Source of the DNA: Nannocystales bacterium
GTDB lineage: Bacteria; Myxococcota_A; Polyangia; Nannocystales; Nannocystaceae
Reading direction: 5' to 3'
NCBI GenBank assembly: GCA_050633305.1
Contig: JBOEGF010000070.1
Span: 1-16,221, forward strand
DNA length: 16,221 bases
The number at the start of each line of letters is the position of its first letter. Position 1 is the first letter of the stretch. Below, in pieces: positions 8,087 to 15,657 of this stretch. Position numbers and translations under genes: made by a program. The notes under the pieces were generated by a model. It was not told the origin of the DNA, made no database searches, and saw only the letters and a program-made list of their open reading frames with translations.

Positions 8087-8320
8087 GTGATTTCCTCTAT
8101 CCAGACTGAGGCTCGTCGCCATCCCTGCCATCGTCACCTGAAGCAGGGTCGATGGAACCCCGATGGATTCCCCGACGCAAAAACGCCCGAACGCAAAGGA
8201 ACCGGGGACGTTCTCCAGAATTCTGCGCTTGAGTGCCGTCCAAGCCATGGACGCTTGCGGAGTTCCCGGCGTTCGCGATGACGGCCCCCCCCACGGAGCG
8301 AACCACGAACTGAGTCGACG

Positions 8321-9487
8321 ATGACGCACGCAGCACACCTCAAACTCCTCCCTGCGCTCCTACTCCTTGGCTGCCCGAGCACGGTCACCTCGGCCGACCC
8401 GGCCATGGATACAGCCGAGACGTCGAGCGGGACGGTAGCGACAACCGGCCCGGCAACAACGGCGGCAACGGCCACGACCAACAGCTCGAGCGGCGACGGC
8501 TCTTCGTCGACATCCGGCGTGACCGGCAGCAGCTCGAGCGACCCTCCTCCACAGGAGTGCACCAAGCCCGGGGAATGTGACAACGGCGACATCTGTGACG
8601 GTGTCGAGGACTGCGTAGACGGGTTTTGCGTTCCGGGCACGGCTCTGGAGTGCGAGGGCGACGGGGTGGACTGCACCGTGGACGGGTGCGACCCCAAGCT
8701 CGGATGCACGCACACACCGAGCGATGTGCGTTGCGGCTGTGAAGAGACCTGCGACCTCGAGCTTGGCTGCGGCGACTATTGCGTGCCCACCGAGTGCACC
8801 GGCATGCAGTACGCCTGCGGCAACTGTATCGACGACGACCTCGACTGTAGGGTCGACTCCGCCGACCCCGATTGCTTCGGGCCGTGCGACAACAACGAGG
8901 AGGGCTTCAGCGGAGATATTCCCGGGCAGCAGGAGCAATCGACATGCCTTCAGATGGATTGCTATTTCGACTTCAACTCCGGCGCAGGCAACGACGAGTG
9001 CTACTGGAGCCACTCGTGTGACCCGCTCGAGCCGTCGGGCTGCACCTACGACGCCGAGCACAACACCCCGGGGACCCCCAGTTCCTGCGGTGAGCTGTTC
9101 GATGCGCAGCTGCCAGAGTGCCTAGACTACTGCCTGCCGATCGTGCCCAACGGATGCGACTGTTTCGGCTGCTGCGAGGTCCGGGTCGCAGAGGGAAGCG
9201 AGGAGACGGCCACCGTTTACCTCGGCACGCAGAACGCGGACGGCGAGGGAACCTGTGACCTCGGCGCGATCGACAACCCGGAGCTCTGCCACCCGTGCAC
9301 GCAAGTCGAAGGGTGCGTGAACCCCTGTGGTGAGTGCGAGCTATGCCTGGGCGATGTTGTGGTCCCCAAGGACTGCGAAGAACAGAACTGCCCCGATGAT
9401 TTCCAGGCCTGTGGCCTGGCTGGCCAGGACCCGTGCCCTGAGTTCTTCTCTTGCATCACGGGTTGCTGCTTCCCCAGCCCGGGCTGA
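8321..9487 (+). CDS. Cys-rich lipoprotein with Ser/Thr-rich linker (myxobacterial type)
   Basis: Lipoprotein signal MTHAAHLKLLPALLLLG-C and a T/S linker. Cys/Asp-rich modules follow: CDNGDICDGVEDC, CTVDGCDP, YACGNCIDDDLDCRVDSADPDC, PNGCDCFGCC. Confidence 0.85.
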   Translation: MTHAAHLKLLPALLLLGCPSTVTSADPAMDTAETSSGTVATTGPATTAATATTNSSSGDGSSSTSGVTGSSSSDPPPQECTKPGECDNGDICDGVEDCVDGFCVPGTALECEGDGVDCTVDGCDPKLGCTHTPSDVRCGCEETCDLELGCGDYCVPTECTGMQYACGNCIDDDLDCRVDSADPDCFGPCDNNEEGFSGDIPGQQEQSTCLQMDCYFDFNSGAGNDECYWSHSCDPLEPSGCTYDAEHNTPGTPSSCGELFDAQLPECLDYCLPIVPNGCDCFGCCEVRVAEGSEETATVYLGTQNADGEGTCDLGAIDNPELCHPCTQVEGCVNPCGECELCLGDVVVPKDCEEQNCPDDFQACGLAGQDPCPEFFSCITGCCFPSPG

Positions 9488-9490
9488 CCC

Positions 9491-9528
9491 AGCCCATGCG
9501 GAACATTGGTACTTGGTCCGGCGCTGAC
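9491..9528 (+). repeat. Degenerate Tn3-type IR (IR-E), left-end orientation
   Basis: AGCCCATGCGGAACATTGGTACTTGGTCCGGCGCTGAC aligns ungapped at 27/38 with the IR at 11724. Three of the 11 differences match IR-A or IR-B instead. Confidence 0.6.
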
Positions 9529-9571
9529 GACCGCCGGATACCCACATGACGCAAGACCCCCGCCCCAGGCC

Positions 9572-9609
9572 GGGGCATGGGGAACATCGGAACGAGAAAC
9601 GGCGCTAAT
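9572..9609 (+). repeat. Tn3-family terminal inverted repeat (IR-B), the left end of an element extending rightwards
   Basis: GGGGCATGGGGAACATCGGAACGAGAAACGGCGCTAAT. The first 20 bp are identical to IR-A (32/38 overall), and it is followed by CGGCGCC as in the intact transposon's IR. Confidence 0.85.
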
Positions 9610-9635
9610 CGGCGCCGCTTCCGCCCTCTACTCCG

Positions 9636-9765
9636 TCAAAATCGGATGCGCTCGATCTCCCCGCGCGAGACCACCTTCGCCGTCCGGTCGTAGAGCTTCG
9701 TCGTCTCCGTGCTCGCGTGGCCGGCCATCTCAGCCGCGGTCTCAATGCTGCCACCGCCAGCCATA
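9636..9765 (-). pseudogene. 3' remnant of a tyrosine recombinase paralogous to 10132-11103
   Basis: Encodes MAGGGSIETAAEMAGHASTETTKLYDRTAKVVSRGEIERIRF*, 39/42 aa identical to the C-terminus of the intact gene (10132-10260). Homology stops abruptly at about 9765. Confidence 0.92.
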
Positions 9766-10122
9766 CACCAGTCCGCGGACGGACAGTGGTCCATCGACTA
9801 CCTACGCGCTTTCGCAGGACAGCTGGACCACCCGGATCACTTTCCAGAATACCTCCAGGAACACGCGACTCGCATCGAAGGCGCACTCGGGTCCATCCCG
9901 AAAAAGAACGTCAGAGCTCGAACCAAGATGGCCTGGCTAGCCAACTACCACAACCAGGTGGTTTCTGAACTTCGCGAGGACTGGCTGACTGAGCTCGGCA
10001 CCCTTCGAAGCGACCTGCTCTGCCCCAGTGCAACAACCGCACACTTCGGAGAGGCGGAAGCAAAGAAGCTTCTGGACGAAGGCGAGTCGTGGTTCTCTGA
10101 CGGGACAGAGCACCCCAGCTAG
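9766..10122 (+). pseudogene. 5'-truncated gene remnant, function unknown
   Basis: A protein-like frame HQSADGQWSIDYL...TKMAWLANYHNQVV...* begins at the junction with the recombinase remnant. The track start at 9709 lies inside that remnant's antisense strand, so there is no native start. Confidence 0.6.
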
Positions 10123-10131
10123 CGATCACCA

Positions 10132-11103
10132 TCAGAACCGAATCCGCTCGATCTCGCTGCGCGAGACCGTCTTCGCCGTTCGGTCGTAGAGCTTCGTCGT
10201 CTCCGTGCTCGCGTGCCCAGCGATCTCCGCCGCCGTCTCAATACTGCCGCCGCCTGCCATATACGCTGTGATCCCTGACGCCCGGAAGCTGTGGTTGCAC
10301 ACCAACACCGGATCGATACCCACCGCTGCGCACCGTTTTTTCACCATATCCAGCACATTCGACGGCTTCAGCCGCCTCCGGGTCAGCTGCCGCTCTCCGT
10401 CTTCACCCAGAGCCCGAGCGACGCTTCGAAACAGCGGCGTCCGAGGGCCTGCCGGGGAACGCCGGACGAAAGCATCGATCGCCTCGCGCAACTCGTGATG
10501 GCACGGCACACGCGTCTTCTTCCCGCGCTTCTCGTGGAGCAGCAGCGACGCCTTCACCCCCTGCACCTCGTAGTGCCGCCCGTCGAGCTTCGTCACCGCA
10601 CCGACCCTCGCGAACGAGAACAGCATCGTCGATACGATCGCCCGGTCTCGCAACGCCACCACGCACTCGCCCTCGAACGAGTCGAGCAACGCCCGTATCA
10701 TCTCGGGCTCGAGGACGGGGGTCTGCCCCTCGCGCTGGGACACCCGCGGCCCCCGAACAACCTTGAACGGGTTCCAGTCGAGCACCCCGCTGCTCGCGAG
10801 GTAGTCACACAGGTTCGACAGCGCCGACAACCGTGCCTTGATCGTCGTCGGAGCCTTCCCCTCGACTTCGAGGCTCTTGATGTACGCCGCCGCCTCGGAA
10901 GGCTCCAACTCGGCCAAGCTGAGCCCATTCGCCGCCAACCACTCCGAGAGCTGCGCCGCCGCGTGGGCATAGGCCCGCCGCGTGTGGTCGTTGCGGAGAT
11001 GCGCCGTGAAGAACTCGACGAACTTCCGCTCCGCCTTGCGCCCGAGTTCGCCCACCGCCGCCGGTACCAGCCCGCGCGTATCGAGTCGCACCAGATCACC
11101 CAT
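10132..11103 (-). CDS. Tyrosine recombinase/integrase (full length, with core-binding domain)
   Basis: N-terminal FVEFFTAHLRNDHTRRAY and NPFKVVRGPR. Catalytic motifs: LRDRA..SFARVGA (R), HEKRGK (K), CNHSFRASGIT (HxxR), AGHASTETTKLY (H, Y). RBS GGGAGG, and it overlaps the upstream ORF stop. Confidence 0.95.
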   Translation of the reverse strand: MGDLVRLDTRGLVPAAVGELGRKAERKFVEFFTAHLRNDHTRRAYAHAAAQLSEWLAANGLSLAELEPSEAAAYIKSLEVEGKAPTTIKARLSALSNLCDYLASSGVLDWNPFKVVRGPRVSQREGQTPVLEPEMIRALLDSFEGECVVALRDRAIVSTMLFSFARVGAVTKLDGRHYEVQGVKASLLLHEKRGKKTRVPCHHELREAIDAFVRRSPAGPRTPLFRSVARALGEDGERQLTRRRLKPSNVLDMVKKRCAAVGIDPVLVCNHSFRASGITAYMAGGGSIETAAEIAGHASTETTKLYDRTAKTVSRSEIERIRF

Positions 11104-11299
11104 CGTCTACCTCCCGCCGCTGCAGCAGCTCGTCGATCGCCACCCCGGCCTCCTCGACCAGCTCGAAGGCTTCGCCGAGCCCGGCCTGGTCGTCGTCGTC
11201 GAGCAGTTCAAGGACTTGACGGAGCTTCCGCTGCGCGAGGCGTTTCCAGTGCATCGGCGTACCGGCGCCGACACTCGCTGTCTCTAGCGTGGTCCTCAT
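11096..11299 (-). CDS. Small acidic helical hypothetical protein (67 aa)
   Basis: Appears translationally coupled on both sides: an ATGA overlap at 11296-11299 and an 8-bp overlap with the recombinase start. Confidence 0.65.
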   Translation of the reverse strand: MRTTLETASVGAGTPMHWKRLAQRKLRQVLELLDDDDQAGLGEAFELVEEAGVAIDELLQRREVDDG

Positions 11300-11622
11300 C
11301 GTCCAAACCTCCCTTCATCGACGCGACCGTCACCAACTGGCCACCGCAACGCGTGCGTCGAGAACGGCTCGTCGCCGTCGAAGCCGGCGACCGCCCGGGC
11401 GCAGAACGTCACTCCGTGGATCTCGGAGTACGCATCGAGCACCCGCCCGCCGTCCCGACTCTCGATCCGCACGGTGAACCACTCGCCGGGCCCCATCCGC
11501 GGTTCGTCGTTGTCGTCGTAGCCGGCAACCACCACGCCCCGCAGCTCTAGCGCAGCACCGGCGTGCACGGGCTCGCCGTCGACGAACCACCGACGCCGCG
11601 TGTCATCCCAGCGAGTCGCCAT
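11296..11622 (-). CDS. Hypothetical protein, DUF5348-like (108 aa)
   Basis: Strong RBS (GGAAGGGGAG). The pattern RW..DGEPVHAGAALEL...GEWFTVRIE resembles DUF5348 (lHcGe.lev...W..tRiE), recognised by eye. Confidence 0.6.
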   Translation of the reverse strand: MATRWDDTRRRWFVDGEPVHAGAALELRGVVVAGYDDNDEPRMGPGEWFTVRIESRDGGRVLDAYSEIHGVTFCARAVAGFDGDEPFSTHALRWPVGDGRVDEGRFGR

Positions 11623-11723
11623 CGCTCTCCCCTTCCCGGCCCAACACCTCGAAGCGCTCGACCGCCATCTCCAGACCCACGGACAAAAGGGCGCGCATCG
11701 TCACCCCCTCGCGCTTGCAAACC
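11603..11723 (-). pseudogene. 3' part of a small, possibly ribbon-helix-helix DNA-binding gene truncated by the transposon
   Basis: Reads VCKREGVTMRALLSVGLEMAVERFEVLGREGESDGDSLG* starting at the IR junction. The C-K-x-E-G-x-T-M-x-x-L-L segment resembles the helix-A/turn/helix-B part of RHH (CopG/ParG-like) proteins. Confidence 0.45.
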
Positions 11724-11769
11724 GGCCCGTGGGGAACAATGGAGCAGGATCCGGCGCTAAGCGGCGCCA
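11723..11769 (+). repeat. Left terminal IR of the Tn3-family transposon (IR-C; 38-bp core 11724-11761)
   Basis: CGGCCCGTGGGGAACAATGGAGCAGGATCCGGCGCTAAGCGGCGCCA, the exact reverse complement of 15611-15657. Confidence 0.95.
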
Positions 11770-11828
11770 CTGACGCTCCATGAAGACGAGCTGCCGCTTC
11801 GCCTGTGGCTTCGGAACGCTCGAAAGCA

Positions 11829-12395
11829 TCAGCCCAGGATGCGGCGCACCGATGTTCGGCCGATGCCGAGCCGCCTGGCGATCTCCGATTTGCTGAGCCC
11901 CTGACGGTGAAGCTTCCTGACGTCGCCGGCCTTCTGCTGTGCGGTGTCGGGGCGCCCGTGGGGCCGGCCCTCCTTGCGAGCGTGGGCGATGCCGGCTTTG
12001 ACCCGCTCGCGGAGGATGTCTCGCTCGAACTCGGCGAAGACGGCAAGGAGTCCTGCCATGGCTCGCCCGCTGGGCGTGGTCAGGTCGAGAGCCTCGGTGA
12101 GGGAAATGAAGCTCACCCCGAGCTCGCTGAGTTCCTGCAGGCTCCCGAGCAGATCGGGAAGAGAGCGCCCCCATCGATCGAGGCGCCAGACAAGGACGAC
12201 GTCGATGTCCCGGCGGCGCGCCGCCTTCATGATCTCGTCCCGTTGGATTCGCTCGCTGGCCCCCGAGCCAACGTCTTTGATCTCCACCGTCGCCGACCAC
12301 TTTCGGCTGCGGACGTAGGCACGCATGGCCTTCATCTGGAGCTTCAACGTCTGCTGATCGTGGGTGGACACCCTGGCGTAGAGGCCGACCTTCAT
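11829..12395 (-). CDS. tnpR: Serine recombinase (resolvase) with C-terminal HTH
   Basis: MKVGLYARVST (catalytic Ser), VWRLDRWGRS, DLTTPSGRAM, AEFERDILRERVKAG, GRPHGRP and HTH LSKSEIARRLGIGRTSVRR. ATG at 12395 was chosen; a short N-terminal extension is possible. Confidence 0.95.
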   Translation of the reverse strand: MKVGLYARVSTHDQQTLKLQMKAMRAYVRSRKWSATVEIKDVGSGASERIQRDEIMKAARRRDIDVVLVWRLDRWGRSLPDLLGSLQELSELGVSFISLTEALDLTTPSGRAMAGLLAVFAEFERDILRERVKAGIAHARKEGRPHGRPDTAQQKAGDVRKLHRQGLSKSEIARRLGIGRTSVRRILG

Positions 12396-12418
12396 GAAGG
12401 TCACGAGCCTATCTGACC

Positions 12419-12530
12419 CCTGGCCAAAAACCCCCTTGGAATGGGGACCCCAGAAGCGGTGAATTCGGCCAGCAGGAGGCTCGTTTCGAGCTTGTTGCGG
12501 GAGTGGCCAAAAACTAAAGTTTTTGGCCAG
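12419..12530. promoter_or_regulatory. res site / divergent promoter region
   Basis: Perfect palindrome TGGCCAAAAAC-TAAA-GTTTTTGGCCA (12504-12529) plus a further half-site TGGCCAAAAAC at 12421-12431, between divergent tnpR and tnpA. Confidence 0.8.
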
Positions 12531-12580
12531 GATGTAGCAGGCGAAATCTGCCCGCACGAGCGGGTGACGGGACAAAATCG

Positions 12581-15500
12581 ATGCCAGTCGAGTTTCTGAC
12601 AGACGAACAGGAGGCTGCCTACGGAGGCTTCTCCGAGCCTCCTTCCCGCTCAGAGCTGGAGCGGTTCTTCTACCTGGACGACGAGGCTCGTCAGATGGTT
12701 GATCAGCGGCGAGGTGACCACAACCGGCTTGGGTTCGGCGTCCAGCTCGGCACGGTTCGGATGCTCGGGCGTTTTCTCGACGACGCCGCCGCCGCTCCTG
12801 AGGCCGCGATCAACTACGTGGCCGAGCAGCTCCACATCTCCGATCCGGCATGCATCGAGCTGTACGGCGAGCGACCGAAGACCGTGCTCGAGCATGAGTG
12901 GAAACTTCGTGAGGCCTATGGCTATCGAGACTTCGCGGCAGCCGAGACCGAAATCGAAACATGGCTCGATGCTCGAGCGTGGACGACTGGCGAGGGACCA
13001 AAAGCGCTGTTCGATGCCACGGTCGAAAAACTACGGGAGGAGAAAGTGCTGCTGCCAGGCCTGACTCCCCTGGCAAGATTCGTTGCCCGGGTGCGCGAGC
13101 AGGCCGAGGCCAAGATCTGGGCTGCGCTGTTCGACCTGACGACTAAGGAGCAACGACACCGACTCGATGGACTCCTCGATGTCGAAGAAGATGCTTTCGT
13201 TTCGTTGTTCGAGCGTCTTCGAAAGGGGCCGACACGGGCATCTGGTACGCAGTTCAAGGGGGCTTTGGCACGGGTCGCCGAGATCGAGGCGCTCGGATTC
13301 ACGGACGTCGACTGCTCCGTCGTTCCGCCCCGAAGGCTCATGGAGCTGGCCCGGTACGGACGCTCGAGCAAAGCGAGCTACGTCAGGCGACATCCGCCGC
13401 GGCGGCGGTACGCGACGATGCTCGCCACGGTCGTCCATCTGCGCGAACGCGCCATCGATGATGCGCTTGATGTCTTCGACGCCCTGATGGCGACGCGCCT
13501 CGTCGCGCGCGCCAAGAGGGAGACGACGAAAGACCGCGCGAGCGCCTATCCGACTCTCGCCATCGCATCCTCGAAGCTGGCGATCGTGGCGAGAGCCCTG
13601 AGGGATGCCAACGCGGACGCCTCGGCCTCCGAGATCCGAGAAGCGCTCGCCGAGACAGTCGACCCAGGAGCGCTGGACGAGGCACTCGCGACGGTCGCGA
13701 GCATGACACCGGCGGAGGACTCCGATCTCCACGAGGAGATGCGCGCCAAACTGGTCCAGCAGTACCGCGTCGTAAGACCGTTCCTTGCTCCTCTTGCAGA
13801 GGGCCTCGAGTTCACGGCGACGGCCGAAGGGGCGCCATTGCTGGCTGCGATGAAGAAGCTTCCAAGTCTGTTCGGGCGCAAGAAAGTCCCCCGCGAGGAG
13901 GTTGACGAAACCCTCCTGGCGGGCTCCTGGCGGCATCTGGTTCTCCGTGCGCCAGCGCTGGAAGCTGGCGAGGTCGACTGGCGAGCCTACGTTTTGTGCG
14001 TCCTCGAACAGTTCTGGAGGCACCTTCTTCGTCGGGATATCAGTGCCGTTCACTCCTCCCGCTGGAGCGACCCGCGGGCGAAGCTCTTGGCGGGGGACGA
14101 ATGGACACGCGTGCGACCGACGGTCCTGGCGAGTCTCGATCTCCCCGAGACGCCAGACGAGCACTTGAACGCCTTGTCTTCACGTCTCGATGAGGCGTAC
14201 CGCATCGTGGGTGAGCAGCTCGAAGACGATGGAGGCGTCACCGTCGACGAGGACGGCCAGCTTCGCTTCGAGGCTCTCGCCGCCGAGTCAGAGCCGCCGA
14301 GCCTCATCGCGCTGCGGGCCGCCGTCAAACGCATGTTGCCGCAGGTCGAGCTGCCTGAGGTACTGCTCGAAGTCGCTATGTGGACGGGATTCCACCAGGC
14401 GTTCACTCCGTTGGGAGAGAGCGCCAGTCGTGTGAAGGACCTGGAGCTGTCCATCGCGGCGCTTCTGGTCGCGCAGGCGTGCAACATCGGATTTAGACCT
14501 GTGGCCAAAGAGGGCGTTTCAGCTCTGAGCCGAGCTCGGCTTTCGCATCTCGAGCAGACCTACCTGCGTGTTGAGACCATCAAGCGGGCCAACCAGGCGT
14601 TGCTCGAAGGGCAGGACAAGATCCCGCTCGTGCGTGCCTGGGGAGGCGGCCACGTCGCATCGGTCGATGGCCTGCGGTTCGTCGTCCCCGTCGCGACCAT
14701 TCATGCTCGCCCGAACCCCCGGTACTTCGGTCGTCGAGCAGGGGCGACGTGGCTGAACATGCTCAATGACCATGCTGCAGGGTTGGCGGCGAAGGTCGTC
14801 GCCGGCACCCCGCGTGACTCCCTGCACGTTCTGGATGTCCTCAACGACCAGGATGGAGGCGTGCGGCCGCAGGTCATCGTGACGGACACCTCGTCGTACT
14901 CGGACATCGTGTTCGGCCTGCTCTCACTCTCAGGCCGCACGTACGCCCCCCAGCTCGCCGACCTCCCAGACCAGAAGCTCTGGAGGGTCAACCGCAATGC
15001 TGACTACGGGTCGCTCAGCACCGCCGCTCGAGGGCGAATCTCTGTCAGCAAGATCACCCGGCACTGGCCCGACATCCTCCGGGTCGTTGCCTCGATTCAC
15101 ACGGGAACCGTTCGCTCGTACGACATCATCCGCATGCTGCAACGCGACGGGCGGCCAACACCGCTCGGTGTCGCCCTGGCTCACTACGGCCGCATCCACA
15201 AGAGTCTCCACGTGCTGCGGTTGGCCAGCGACCGCGGCTATCGACGGCAGATCAAGGTGCAGGCGAACCTCCAGGAAGGGCGTCATGACCTGGCCCGTCG
15301 ACTCTTCCATGGCGAACGCGGTGAACTTCGGCAGCGGTACCGCGACGGGATGGAAGACCAGCTCGGAGCGCTCGGGCTCGTCCTCAACATCATCGTGCTG
15401 TTCAACACCCGGTACATGAACGCGGCCCTTGAGAAGCTCCGCGTGGACGGCTTTCCCGTCGACGAGCAGGACGTCGCTCGCCTCTCGCCGCTCATGCGCA

Positions 15501-15604
15501 AGCACATCAACATCCAGGGGCACTACGCGTTCGCGGTCCCGAACCTCGGAGGACGCCTTCGGGCGCTCCAGAGCCCAGATCGAGAACTCGACGACGACAC
15601 ATAG
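12581..15604 (+). CDS. tnpA: Tn3-family transposase (DUF4158 + DDE_Tnp_Tn3)
   Basis: 1007 aa. N-terminus MPVEFLTDEQ...NRLGFGVQLGTVRMLGRF. DDE motifs ASVDGLRF, IVTDTSSYSD, NLQEGRHDLAR. C-terminal RLSPLMRKHINIQGHYAF. Confidence 0.98.
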   Translation: MPVEFLTDEQEAAYGGFSEPPSRSELERFFYLDDEARQMVDQRRGDHNRLGFGVQLGTVRMLGRFLDDAAAAPEAAINYVAEQLHISDPACIELYGERPKTVLEHEWKLREAYGYRDFAAAETEIETWLDARAWTTGEGPKALFDATVEKLREEKVLLPGLTPLARFVARVREQAEAKIWAALFDLTTKEQRHRLDGLLDVEEDAFVSLFERLRKGPTRASGTQFKGALARVAEIEALGFTDVDCSVVPPRRLMELARYGRSSKASYVRRHPPRRRYATMLATVVHLRERAIDDALDVFDALMATRLVARAKRETTKDRASAYPTLAIASSKLAIVARALRDANADASASEIREALAETVDPGALDEALATVASMTPAEDSDLHEEMRAKLVQQYRVVRPFLAPLAEGLEFTATAEGAPLLAAMKKLPSLFGRKKVPREEVDETLLAGSWRHLVLRAPALEAGEVDWRAYVLCVLEQFWRHLLRRDISAVHSSRWSDPRAKLLAGDEWTRVRPTVLASLDLPETPDEHLNALSSRLDEAYRIVGEQLEDDGGVTVDEDGQLRFEALAAESEPPSLIALRAAVKRMLPQVELPEVLLEVAMWTGFHQAFTPLGESASRVKDLELSIAALLVAQACNIGFRPVAKEGVSALSRARLSHLEQTYLRVETIKRANQALLEGQDKIPLVRAWGGGHVASVDGLRFVVPVATIHARPNPRYFGRRAGATWLNMLNDHAAGLAAKVVAGTPRDSLHVLDVLNDQDGGVRPQVIVTDTSSYSDIVFGLLSLSGRTYAPQLADLPDQKLWRVNRNADYGSLSTAARGRISVSKITRHWPDILRVVASIHTGTVRSYDIIRMLQRDGRPTPLGVALAHYGRIHKSLHVLRLASDRGYRRQIKVQANLQEGRHDLARRLFHGERGELRQRYRDGMEDQLGALGLVLNIIVLFNTRYMNAALEKLRVDGFPVDEQDVARLSPLMRKHINIQGHYAFAVPNLGGRLRALQSPDRELDDDT

Positions 15605-15610
15605 CGGTCA

Positions 15611-15657
15611 TGGCGCCGCTTAGCGCCGGATCCTGCTCCATTGTTCCCCACGGGCCG
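15611..15657 (-). repeat. Right terminal IR of the Tn3-family transposon (IR-D; 38-bp core 15619-15656)
   Basis: Exact inverted copy of 11723-11769, starting 6 bp after the tnpA stop. Confidence 0.95.

Larger units (their letters stand above)
11724..15656. mobile_element. Tn3-family transposon (~3.9 kb): IR - serine resolvase - res - TnpA - IR
   Basis: Perfect 47-bp inverted repeats at 11723-11769 and 15611-15657 enclose divergent resolvase and transposase genes. No 5-bp target-site duplication (TSD) is visible. Confidence 0.95.

Noticed and set aside
8150..8225. Two ACGCAAA words suggesting a c-di-GMP-I riboswitch or ECF promoter upstream of the lipoprotein
   Set aside because: No GAAA-tetraloop stem or convincing pairing is visible; a covariance-model search would be needed.
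387..11103. Integron interpretation of the tyrosine recombinases and cassette-like genes
   Set aside because: Neither recombinase shows the IntI-specific insertion, and I found no attC-like RYYYAAC...GTTRRRY structures.
10291..11550. Long antisense or alternative-frame ORFs (e.g. 10291-11550, 351-1445, 13031-14164)
   Set aside because: They are shadows of real genes in high-GC DNA, with Arg/Pro-rich, motif-free translations.
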